Of a DNA stretch of 29,375 bases, positions 18,287-25,288 are shown in pieces; positions within the stretch are counted from its first letter, which is position 1; every line of letters begins with the position of its first letter. The position numbers and the translations under genes were made by a program. The stretch lies in IMG/VR virus record IMGVR_UViG_3300031451_000011, positions 1 through 29,375 of that record, one strand, 5' to 3'. The notes beneath the pieces were generated by a model. That model was not told the origin of the DNA. It ran no database searches and saw only the letters and a program-made list of their open reading frames with translations. Source of the stretch: a virus (Duplodnaviria; Caudoviricetes).

Positions 18287-18551
18287 GGTGCACCCCCAGA
18301 TGGTGCCGATGGCACAGCGTGGTCATGTTGTCGAGTTCGTGCGCTCCGCCGACCGCGACGGGGATGACATGGTGCGCCTGAACACGATCGAAGGGGGTGG
18401 TGCAACCCTGCACGGTGCACGCATAGCCGTCGCGCCCCTTGACCGCTTTGGGGAGGGCGTTACGCACCTCGGAGGGGCGATAGTTCGCGCGACACAGCGC
18501 ACACCGTGAATCACGCTCGATCAGGACATTGCAGCCGAGACACCGACGCAT
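18279..18551 (-). CDS. HNH endonuclease (packaging-associated, HK97 gp74-like)
   Basis: RDGYAC...C...AHHVIP...GG...DNMTTLCHRHH; adjacent to terS. Confidence 0.9.
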   Translation of the reverse strand: MRRCLGCNVLIERDSRCALCRANYRPSEVRNALPKAVKGRDGYACTVQGCTTPFDRVQAHHVIPVAVGGAHELDNMTTLCHRHHLGVHHR

Positions 18552-18688
18552 TACACGCCCCCGATCGCAAGCATTGGGCAGAACACCCCGAACTTCGCTT
18601 TGACTTGGCGAACGGCGTCACGCTCTGTGAACATTGCCACCGTCTCACCCATAATCAGAAAGTCCCATCCGAGGGTCTGGCGGCCTAA
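18545..18688 (+). pseudogene. Decayed HNH endonuclease fragment on the opposite strand
   Basis: LHAPDRKHWAEHPELRFDLANGVTLCEHCHRLTH matches an HNH C-half, but the expected HH of AHHIK reads PD; no credible start or RBS. Confidence 0.7.
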
Positions 18689-18699
18689 ATCGTTAGGGC

Positions 18700-18778
18700 A
18701 TTACGGACCGAAGATTTTTAGAGAGCGGCGGTCCAGACAGCGCTACCCCTTCGTAGAGATTTGCCCCCGCCCCCGGTG
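18700..18778 (-). other. Candidate cos packaging-site region
   Basis: Minus strand CCGGGGGCGGGGGCAAATCTCT...GGACCGCCGCTCTCTAAAAATC resembles the G-run/AAATCT/GACCG pattern I recall before terS in HNH + P27-TerS phages; non-coding. Confidence 0.45.
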
Positions 18779-18848
18779 TGCGACCATGCGGCCCGGCGGC
18801 TCAGCCTTGCCGGTCCATCGTGTCCCCTTGCACTACGCCAATAACGCG

Positions 18849-18892
18849 AAAAAGCCCCACGCCATCTGCAACGAACGCAGACGCATGGGGCT
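18849..18892 (-). terminator. Rho-independent terminator-like hairpin in the late leader
   Basis: AGCCCCATGCGTCTGC-GTTCGTT-GCAGATGGCGTGGGGCT followed by a T-run (TTTTT). Confidence 0.65.
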
Positions 18893-18918
18893 GGTGCCCG
18901 ATAGATTCAGATGCTCGG

Positions 18919-18947
18919 AGTGTACACCTGTTCGTATGCTTCGTCAA
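18919..18947 (-). promoter_or_regulatory. Sigma70-type promoter, candidate late promoter
   Basis: TTGACG-17 nt-TACACT in the intergenic gap before the packaging genes. Confidence 0.65.
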
Positions 18948-18960
18948 GTAGACTGACTAT

Positions 18961-19164
18961 TCAGACCCAGAAGAGATTGTGGAGACGGCAGCGGATACAT
19001 CGCCTGCTGATCACCTGGCCGGGCTGCATCGGGCCGACCCGCGTGCCATCGAGGCAGACGAGGGAAGCGTTGATGAGCCGTGCGAGCAGCGTGTCGCACG
19101 CCTTACGCTTGCAGCGAAGCTCCCGCGTGCCACCCATCTGCCGATCGGTCGGTCTGTCAACCAT
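18961..19164 (-). CDS. Mu Com-like zinc-finger protein
   Basis: ELRCKRKACDTLLARL...RRCIRCRLHN fits the Com pattern RC..C..LL...C.RC...N; ATG 19164 with GAGGTG RBS. Confidence 0.65.
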   Translation of the reverse strand: MVDRPTDRQMGGTRELRCKRKACDTLLARLINASLVCLDGTRVGPMQPGQVISRRCIRCRLHNLFWV

Positions 19165-19209
19165 CGCTAGCACCTCACACCCCCTGTCGTCGCCTCGTCA
19201 CTGCCCCTG

Positions 19210-19548
19210 TCACCCCCGCCGCGCGTCGGCCTCGGCGCGGTCACCAACCGTGGTGGCGTCCCCGGTGACGTCCTGACCACATCGCGGACACCCCCGCACG
19301 CCCGCCCATTCGGCCACCTCGAAATCCTCCCCATCCCAGGGATGGTACTGATCCTCCGGGAATTGGTAGTCGCAGCCTACGCCCGGACAGAACGCCTGGA
19401 AGCGTGTCACCGCCCGCCATACGGCAGCCTGAGGGGGCGCGGGGTTGATCGGCGGGGCGAAGACACCGAGGAAAGACCGCAGGCTCCGCTTTGCCTCGCT
19501 CGGCGTGCCATCGATCAGCTCGTCGGGGAATGCTGGTCGCTCGCTCAT
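19210..19548 (-). CDS. Hypothetical zinc-ribbon protein
   Basis: Start at ATG 19548 (TGATG coupling); CPGVGC...CPRC. Confidence 0.6.
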   Translation of the reverse strand: MSERPAFPDELIDGTPSEAKRSLRSFLGVFAPPINPAPPQAAVWRAVTRFQAFCPGVGCDYQFPEDQYHPWDGEDFEVAEWAGVRGCPRCGQDVTGDATTVGDRAEADARRG

Positions 19549-19925
19549 CACTCCCCACCCCCCTTGTCCGGCGCGTCGTCGTGTGCGGCGCGGGCCAGGG
19601 CCAGGGCGAGGCCTACCGCCTGCATCTCCGCTTCCGCCGCATTCCATTCGTCGAGCACCACGCCGCCCACGCTGTTGAACCGCGCCCACGCCCTGCCGTA
19701 CCGCTCCACCGCCTCCACGACGGGCCGCAGCGCCGCGACCTCCGCGCGGGAGGCCAGCAGTTCATTGAGCGCGTCACCAAGCAACTTCTTGTCAGCAATC
19801 TCTTCTGGCCCGATCTTGAACACAGGATCGGCAATTGCCTTGTGGAACGTCCGATGCAACGCCACATTCAACAGTACCCCGCTCGCCCCCGCCGCCCCGT
19901 CGTCCCGCGTGTCCTGCGCGCTCAT
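19548..19925 (-). CDS. Hypothetical protein
   Basis: Coupled at both ends; helical C-half. Confidence 0.6.
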   Translation of the reverse strand: MSAQDTRDDGAAGASGVLLNVALHRTFHKAIADPVFKIGPEEIADKKLLGDALNELLASRAEVAALRPVVEAVERYGRAWARFNSVGGVVLDEWNAAEAEMQAVGLALALARAAHDDAPDKGGGE

Positions 19926-20206
19926 CGGGCTGCCCCCTTCGATGGCACATAGTGACCTTCGTTGTAATACGCCGAACCCAAGCGCGCTTTTCGCATCGAG
20001 CAGGCGGCGCGATCGATACAGATGACCGCTTCGCCATCGAAACCGACATCCTCGGTCCTTGAGTCACAATCGGCACACGGGCCTTTGTGGACGCCGATAA
20101 AGCGCCTCAGCAAAGCGTTCTCCTTCTGTAATCGCCACATCTCACGAGCTGCCTCGCTAACGGCGATCATCGCCTGCCGCATCTCATCTTCTGTCGGTAC
20201 TGCCAT
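19922..20206 (-). CDS. Hypothetical Cys-containing protein
   Basis: ATG 20206 with GGAGG RBS; CADC...CIDRAAC. Confidence 0.6.
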   Translation of the reverse strand: MAVPTEDEMRQAMIAVSEAAREMWRLQKENALLRRFIGVHKGPCADCDSRTEDVGFDGEAVICIDRAACSMRKARLGSAYYNEGHYVPSKGAAR

Positions 20207-20233
20207 CGCCCTCCCCCTCCCGCGTCGGCCACC

Positions 20234-20330
20234 GCCGCGCGCTACGCCGCCTCTTGTCATTCCGTGACAACCACCGCGCGCCATTGTCAGATTTGCCCCG
20301 ATGTTGACAATAGCCGCGCGCTACGCCGCC
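20234..20330. repeat. 18-bp direct repeat enclosing two TTGTCA/TGACAA inverted repeats
   Basis: GCCGCGCGCTACGCCGCC at 20234-20251 and 20313-20330; TTGTCA-N5-TGACAA at 20254-20270; ATTGTCA-N15-TGACAAT at 20283-20311. Confidence 0.85.
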
Positions 20331-20662
20331 CGCCCTAACACCTGCTCGATCTGCGCCCACGAAGCGTCGTCCGGTCGCCAGATGAATACGCGCACCCCCG
20401 GAATCCGCAGGAACGCGGCGAGCCATTCGTCCTGCGCCTTGCTCGTCTTGCCGACAACCGTTTTGAGTTCCGCGACGACCATGCGATCCCCGCGCAGGAG
20501 GACGAGATCGGGGAATCCGGCGACCGACTTCATGGAGTACCGCGTGTGGAAAAAGAGCCACCCCATTAGTCGTGCGTACTGTTCGACCTGCGCTTGGAAC
20601 GTGCGTTCGGCCACAGGCGGCACGACAGCGGGCACCGGGCGCCGTCTCGGCATCGTGGTCAT
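20321..20662 (-). CDS. VRR-NUC domain nuclease (Holliday-junction resolvase-like)
   Basis: E..FQ...GW...GFPDLVL...AELK...Q..W...W.P motif. Confidence 0.88.
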   Translation of the reverse strand: MTTMPRRRPVPAVVPPVAERTFQAQVEQYARLMGWLFFHTRYSMKSVAGFPDLVLLRGDRMVVAELKTVVGKTSKAQDEWLAAFLRIPGVRVFIWRPDDASWAQIEQVLGRAA

Positions 20663-20719
20663 TCTCCTCACCCCCCTGACTGATCACCCGCACCCCGGCC
20701 AGCTCGCCGCGCCACAGCG

Positions 20720-21418
20720 TCATGCCGCACCGTCCATCGGCAAGATCGCCTGTCGTAGACGATTCACCGCGATCTCGCAATACCGTTCGTCGGCCTCAAT
20801 GCCGATACACCGTCGACTCAGGTCTTTAGCGGCTCGAAGGGTGGACCCACTACCCATGAATGGATCGAGAATCGCACCCTCGGACTTGGTTTTCGCAAGG
20901 AGCCAGCGCATCACCTTCAATGGCTTTTGGTAGGGGTGCCCGAGCCATTCCGGTTGGCCCGCCCGCAATGCCGACACCTCACAGAGATCGTCAGTGTTGC
21001 CATACAACTGGAAGCCATCGGGACTCAGTACCCAAATCGGTTCCATCGACCAGCGTGTACGCCCTCCCGGTTGCGGCTTCGGGTCAGGTTTGCGCCAGTA
21101 CAATTGGCGATGCTTTGTTAGGCCACGAGCGTTGGCTGCGCTCAGGAGTTGGAACGTTCTGGCCGGCGGCCAGAACGTGAGCACGACGTCGCACGGCACC
21201 AAAGCCAGCCAATCAACAGCGCCGTCGTCCCAGTCCTCTCTTACCAGGGTGGCAGCCGGGTTGCTGCCTGCGCCCGCTTCCCCGCGCCGCCAACCGCCCG
21301 TGCCATACGGCGGGTCACTCAGCACAAGATCGATCGCCGTGTCTTTTAGTGTTGGCAACACTTGCCGACAATCGCCGTGATAGATCGTGATCCCGTCCTG
21401 CTCGTAGTACGGCTTCAT
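20720..21418 (-). CDS. DNA N6-adenine/N4-cytosine methyltransferase (beta class, orphan)
   Basis: Start at ATG 21418; GDC, DPPY, HPYQKP, DPFMGSGST motifs. Confidence 0.93.
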   Translation of the reverse strand: MKPYYEQDGITIYHGDCRQVLPTLKDTAIDLVLSDPPYGTGGWRRGEAGAGSNPAATLVREDWDDGAVDWLALVPCDVVLTFWPPARTFQLLSAANARGLTKHRQLYWRKPDPKPQPGGRTRWSMEPIWVLSPDGFQLYGNTDDLCEVSALRAGQPEWLGHPYQKPLKVMRWLLAKTKSEGAILDPFMGSGSTLRAAKDLSRRCIGIEADERYCEIAVNRLRQAILPMDGAA

Positions 21419-21663
21419 GCCTGCCACCTCCCACCGTTGATCGCCATCTGCCCCTGCACCAGCGCGCCCGCCTCGTCCTCCCGCTCCCGCTCGATCGCCA
21501 GCCAGTGCTCGCACGCCTCGAACTGGCGGAGCAGCGCGAACCAGAAATCTTCGAGCGCGTCCAGATCGGTGTCGGGTGACGCGCTCATGATCAGCGCCCA
21601 GCCCACATCGAGCCGCCGCGTCAGCGCGTCCCGCTCCTCGGTCAGTCGTGCCACCGTCGCCAT
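21415..21663 (-). CDS. Hypothetical protein
   Basis: Abuts or overlaps both neighbours. Confidence 0.6.
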   Translation of the reverse strand: MATVARLTEERDALTRRLDVGWALIMSASPDTDLDALEDFWFALLRQFEACEHWLAIEREREDEAGALVQGQMAINGGRWQA

Positions 21664-22020
21664 CTACGCCGCCCTTTCTTTGTTCGGGAGCCGCGCCCGA
21701 TCCACCGCGCCATCCCGTCGCCAGTCGTCGTACACCCCGACCTTGACCCACCCACGCCACTTGCAGAACCGCAGGCCACGGAGGTGCATACGGCGGTCGA
21801 TCTGCTTGACCATATCGGGGAAGTAAGGATCGCGCGGCCCGCAAATCACCGCATATTGGAATAGATGGTACGGCTGGATCTGCGCGTCGAATTCGGCCTC
21901 GGTGTGCCGTCCCTCGCGCAGCGCGACGAGCCAGCCCTTGACTATTTCTGCGTTCTCGATTGCGTGAATATCATCGCGTATCGGGGGAAGCGCCCCCAGG
22001 ACGGTGGCAAAGGCGCTCAT
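21664..22020 (-). CDS. Hypothetical protein
   Basis: ATG 22020 in ATGA overlap with the upstream gene. Confidence 0.6.
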   Translation of the reverse strand: MSAFATVLGALPPIRDDIHAIENAEIVKGWLVALREGRHTEAEFDAQIQPYHLFQYAVICGPRDPYFPDMVKQIDRRMHLRGLRFCKWRGWVKVGVYDDWRRDGAVDRARLPNKERAA

Positions 22021-22589
22021 GCCTGCCCCTCCCCGCTCACGAGGCGCGGGCGCTGCGGACGCGGCGGGATCGGGATCGGCACGGTGTCGGGCGGGGCGAG
22101 TCTCGCGGCGGTGTCCTGCGCCTGGTTCACTTGCTGCGCGCGGTCGTAGAGGGCGACGAAGCGTTCCCGCGTCTTGGCGTACTCGGCGGGGTGCATCTCC
22201 GCGATCATCCGCACCGTGCAATTCAGGTCGCCGCGTAGGACCGCTTTGCACCGCTCGTTCGGCCAGGGGTAGCCGTGCTCGCGCACGTTGACGCGATCGT
22301 TCGTCTCCGACCAGCAGGAGAACATCGCGCGCTCCATCCCGTCCCACGCCGAGGCACCGTCAACGACCGTGCCGGACTGCGCCGAGATGCCGCGCAGGAT
22401 GTCGTTGAACGCCGCAGGCGATGGGAAGAACTCGCAGGTGTCGAGCGCCGTCTGGAACGCGGTGCGGAGCACGTCAGCGGGCAGGTCGCCGTACCGGGTC
22501 CACCAGTATTTGCGGAGATCGGCACTCAGTTTCTTGTTCGTGAGGTCGCCAAGCAGCATCAATAACGCCTGGAATGTCGTCTGATCCAT
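22017..22589 (-). CDS. Replicative helicase loader/inhibitor-like protein (SPP1 G39P-like N-terminus)
   Basis: ATG 22589 with GGAGG RBS; W...GDLPADV...A.....FFPSPA motif; directly after the initiator, overlapping its 3' end by 116 nt. Confidence 0.6.
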   Translation of the reverse strand: MDQTTFQALLMLLGDLTNKKLSADLRKYWWTRYGDLPADVLRTAFQTALDTCEFFPSPAAFNDILRGISAQSGTVVDGASAWDGMERAMFSCWSETNDRVNVREHGYPWPNERCKAVLRGDLNCTVRMIAEMHPAEYAKTRERFVALYDRAQQVNQAQDTAARLAPPDTVPIPIPPRPQRPRLVSGEGQA

Positions 22590-23640
22590 GTCCCAATACC
22601 TCCCGCATCGTGCGCCTGTTGTATTCATCCGTTGTCTCGCGCTGGCCGCCGCGTATCGGGGTCGGCCCCGCCCTGATCGGCTCGATGTCGTCGTCCCAGA
22701 CGTGGTTGTTCAGGTAGGTCGCCGGATGCTCGATGTAGCCCTCGGACCACTTGCGCCCTTGTTGCCGCGCGGCGGTATCGGCAATCAGGCGATCGGTGAG
22801 CGGGTCGTCGGGGTCGAGTCTGGCGAAGGCCCGCTCCGCCTCGGGCCGGTGCTGCTTGTTCGGGTAAGTCGCATACCAGCGGTCGAACCATTCCCGCTGA
22901 TCGGCATTCAACGTGTTCGGCTTCGGTGCGGCCCGCACACGCCCGCCGCCGCCAGGCGGTGCAGCCTTGGGGGGTTTAGGGGGCGTAGCACTTACGGGTT
23001 TAGGTTCGGGATCGGGTTGGGTACGGGTTGGGTACGGGTGAATAGATTCCGTTTTGTTCGGAACTGAATCGGAACTAGTTCCCCCACTGAATGGCGGGCG
23101 GAGTGTCATCCGTGCTTGCTCTGGGGTTCTTCTACCCTTCCCCGAATTGCACCCACGGCAGCAGACGACAAGGTTTTCAATCGCATTGCCGCCATCGGGG
23201 ATGATGTGATCGAAGGTGCCACCCGTCGCGCTCTTCCGATCCGTCCAGCGCACATACTTGTAGCAGTAGCGGCAGCGGTCGCCGTCGCGCTTCTTGACCG
23301 CCGTGGTGAGGAAGGGATCGGCGTACAAATCCTTCCTCACCTTATTCATCGTTCTGTCGGCCTTGACCTCCTCAGCGGAGGGTTGATATTCGAGATAGTC
23401 GTGGATGCGATAGCCGCCCTCCGCTTCATCCCACAGCCCCACCGCCACCAGACGCGCGGCTAACTCGCCCGCGCCGTCGAGATCGGCCAGTTTCCGTACC
23501 TGTCCGCTCGGGATGAAGCCATCGGTCAGCAGGCGATTGCAGTAGCCGATCCCGCAGACGTAGAGCCAGGAGGCCAGCGGCCCCGCCTCGACTACCTTGG
23601 GGTGATCGGGGAATTGATCATCCAGTCGTATCCAAGCCAT
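22474..23640 (-). CDS. Phage replication initiator with embedded HNH domain
   Basis: N-term WIRLDDQFPDHPKV...TDGFIP...IHDYLEYQPS; central RDGDRCRYC...DHIIP...NLVVCCRGCNSGKG; Pro-rich linker; C-term F.RWY.TYP...HPATYLN...WDD. Confidence 0.8.
   Translation of the reverse strand: MAWIRLDDQFPDHPKVVEAGPLASWLYVCGIGYCNRLLTDGFIPSGQVRKLADLDGAGELAARLVAVGLWDEAEGGYRIHDYLEYQPSAEEVKADRTMNKVRKDLYADPFLTTAVKKRDGDRCRYCYKYVRWTDRKSATGGTFDHIIPDGGNAIENLVVCCRGCNSGKGRRTPEQARMTLRPPFSGGTSSDSVPNKTESIHPYPTRTQPDPEPKPVSATPPKPPKAAPPGGGGRVRAAPKPNTLNADQREWFDRWYATYPNKQHRPEAERAFARLDPDDPLTDRLIADTAARQQGRKWSEGYIEHPATYLNNHVWDDDIEPIRAGPTPIRGGQRETTDEYNRRTMREVLGHGSDDIPGVIDAAWRPHEQETECRSPQILVDPVRRPAR
22994..23085. repeat. Short repeats inside the initiator gene (candidate ori)
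   Basis: CGGGTTGGGTA x2 (23013-23034) plus partial copies; TCGGAACT x2; locally AT-richer. Confidence 0.4.
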
Positions 23641-23972
23641 CAGTCACCGCCCTGATCAGTCGGGCGGAAATACGGCTTGCGTTCGTCGGGGTCGATGGGT
23701 ATGCGATTGCTCGGGTCACGGTGCTCGCGATCCCAGAGATTCATGATGTAACTGTGCCGGATGCCGCCAGCGATCTGATCGCGCGGGGTATCTTTGAGGC
23801 GCTTATCAACGAACGCGATCTCATGGCGATCAAGGGTCGATGGTTCGCCCTGGTTGAACAGATAGCGCTGGCCTTCAAGCACGCCGAACCAGTACGCGAC
23901 CTCCGCCTCATCGAGTGGCCGATTGACCAAGCGCTCAGACACGAACTTGCGACGGTCGGGGTTGTCGATCAT
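23640..23972 (-). CDS. Hypothetical protein, first gene after the structured leader
   Basis: AGGAGG RBS; TGATG coupling to the initiator gene. Confidence 0.75.
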   Translation of the reverse strand: MIDNPDRRKFVSERLVNRPLDEAEVAYWFGVLEGQRYLFNQGEPSTLDRHEIAFVDKRLKDTPRDQIAGGIRHSYIMNLWDREHRDPSNRIPIDPDERKPYFRPTDQGGD

Positions 23973-23974
23973 GG

Positions 23975-24169
23975 CTATGCCCTCCTAGCAGAGGACACGG
24001 CAACGCCCCGAGCCGTATCCAAGCGCGTGCTTAGGACGCAAGGAGACTCGGGGCGTTGCCGGAAAATAATACCATGACCACGGCCCGATCGGACCACGGT
24101 CGCAGCGGAGTTAGTTGTGGTCTGGAGATTTGCGCCTTGCGGTGCTCGCTCTCCTTGCGTCCTAAGCAT
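23975..24169 (-). CDS. Possible leaderless upstream ORF spanning the structured leader
   Basis: ATG 24169 near the predicted TSS, open for 64 codons, stop ends 2 nt before ATG 23972; no recognisable domain. Confidence 0.35.
   Translation of the reverse strand: MLRTQGERAPQGANLQTTTNSAATVVRSGRGHGIIFRQRPESPCVLSTRLDTARGVAVSSARRA
23978..24169 (-). ncRNA. Structured leader / putative antisense RNA switch
   Basis: 19-bp perfect inverted repeat (24150-24168 / 24028-24046) interleaved with a 15-bp perfect inverted repeat (24047-24061 / 23998-24012); RBS hairpin 23978-23997. Confidence 0.7.
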
Positions 24170-24173
24170 ATAC

Positions 24174-24203
24174 ATTTTACACCTCAGCGCGTACGGCTGT
24201 CAA
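24174..24203 (-). promoter_or_regulatory. Sigma70-type promoter for the replication operon
   Basis: TTGACA-18 nt-TAAAAT in an intergenic gap. Confidence 0.75.
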
Positions 24204-24250
24204 CCCTACCGATAGCCGTTTTTCCGCATCCCAGCACGGTCGTACACCCT

Positions 24251-24562
24251 TTAGCGTGCTGCCATCTCGGCACGTTTCCGTAGGACCAGCTTCGCGGCGG
24301 TGCTGAACTTCTCGCGCTCCGCGTGCGTGGCGAGCCGAAATTCCAACGCACCGTCTACGATGCGCGGTAGGAACCTGCCGAACAGTATCTCGCTCACGAT
24401 CGCGCTATCGATCTGCGCCTGCTTCGCCCACGTCAGCACGGCACCGAGATCCTCTTCCGGTACGCCCTCGTCGCCGCCGCCAAGGATCGTGGCATAGGTC
24501 AACATGGCGATCTCGTGCTCGGTGAGCACATCATCGACCCGCAGCTCATCACGCATCGTCAT
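24251..24562 (-). CDS. Hypothetical protein
   Basis: AAGGAG RBS, phage-like codon usage. Confidence 0.65.
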   Translation of the reverse strand: MTMRDELRVDDVLTEHEIAMLTYATILGGGDEGVPEEDLGAVLTWAKQAQIDSAIVSEILFGRFLPRIVDGALEFRLATHAEREKFSTAAKLVLRKRAEMAAR

Positions 24563-24707
24563 CTCCTTCGTTCGCCCCGCAGCCGCCGCGCCCCCCGCCC
24601 GCCGCCCGCCGCCGGGACACCACGCGGGCGCGGGGGACCGGGGCGGCCAGGGCGTAGGCGGCCTCGTTCACGCGGCGCACGGCGGGCGGGGTGGCACGGT
24701 ATGTCAT
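24549..24707 (-). CDS. Small hypothetical protein
   Basis: ATGA overlap at 24707; fills the gap. Confidence 0.35.
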   Translation of the reverse strand: MTYRATPPAVRRVNEAAYALAAPVPRARVVSRRRAAGGGRGGCGANEGDDDA

Positions 24708-24895
24708 GGCTGGGGCTCCTGTGGCGCGACTTGGGGCGGTTGTAGGCGCTCCCAACGGCGGTGGAGCAGGGCATAGCGATCGGCCAGTCGGCGATACACC
24801 ACCATGTCGCCCGCGCGTGCCACCTCGGCCATCGCGCGCCGCAAGTTTGCTAACGCCACTTCGATCTCGCGACGGATCACACCCGGATCGGTCAT
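24704..24895 (-). CDS. Small helical hypothetical protein
   Basis: GAGGAG RBS; coiled-coil character. Confidence 0.6.
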   Translation of the reverse strand: MTDPGVIRREIEVALANLRRAMAEVARAGDMVVYRRLADRYALLHRRWERLQPPQVAPQEPQP

Positions 24896-24942
24896 GCGTC
24901 GGCTCCTCTCCGTGGCGACGCGGCACCGCCTGGTGCGGCCCG

Positions 24943-25288
24943 CGTCGCGCGCTGGCGGGTGGGCTACAGTTCCGGTGGGTGCATATCGCGGATGTGCAGG
25001 AGGAAGGCATCGCGGTCGGTCTCGGCGTCACCGCACGCGGAGCAGCGCCAGGCGTCCAAAAACCACAGGCGCACCGTCGCGCCACAGTCCACACACTCGA
25101 CCAGTTCGGGGAGGGGCGGCGCTTCGCTCTCCTCCATCACGCCGCACGCGGGGCACTGCACGGCGCTGTGCCGCCGTCCCTCCACCCGCCACACCTCGCG
25201 CCCCTCGACGATCAGATACGCCTCGATGTCGTCCCCGATAAAGACCATGACTCGTGCTCCTTTCCGTCGCGCGCTGGCGGGTGGTCTA
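24943..25288. repeat. 20-bp direct repeats flanking the zinc-finger gene
   Basis: CGTCGCGCGCTGGCGGGTGG at 24943-24962 and 25265-25284, each 1 nt after a minus-strand TAG stop. Confidence 0.9.
24964..25248 (-). CDS. Zinc ribbon + C2H2 zinc-finger protein
   Basis: CPAC...CVDC followed by C-x2-C-x12-H-x4-H (CSACGDAETDRDAFLLHIRDMH); AAGGAG RBS. Confidence 0.75.
   Translation of the reverse strand: MVFIGDDIEAYLIVEGREVWRVEGRRHSAVQCPACGVMEESEAPPLPELVECVDCGATVRLWFLDAWRCSACGDAETDRDAFLLHIRDMHPPEL

Noticed and set aside
20321-21418. Restriction-modification pair (methyltransferase + nuclease)
   Set aside because: The nuclease is a stand-alone VRR-NUC resolvase-type protein typical of phage replication modules
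23100-23340. Intein or intron carrying the HNH in the initiator gene
   Set aside because: No N-terminal C/S block or HN-C/S/T junction seen; the reading frame is continuous
23975-24170. tRNA or IS/MITE terminal inverted repeats
   Set aside because: No cloverleaf or T-loop; the repeats are interleaved rather than terminal, with no target-site duplication or transposase
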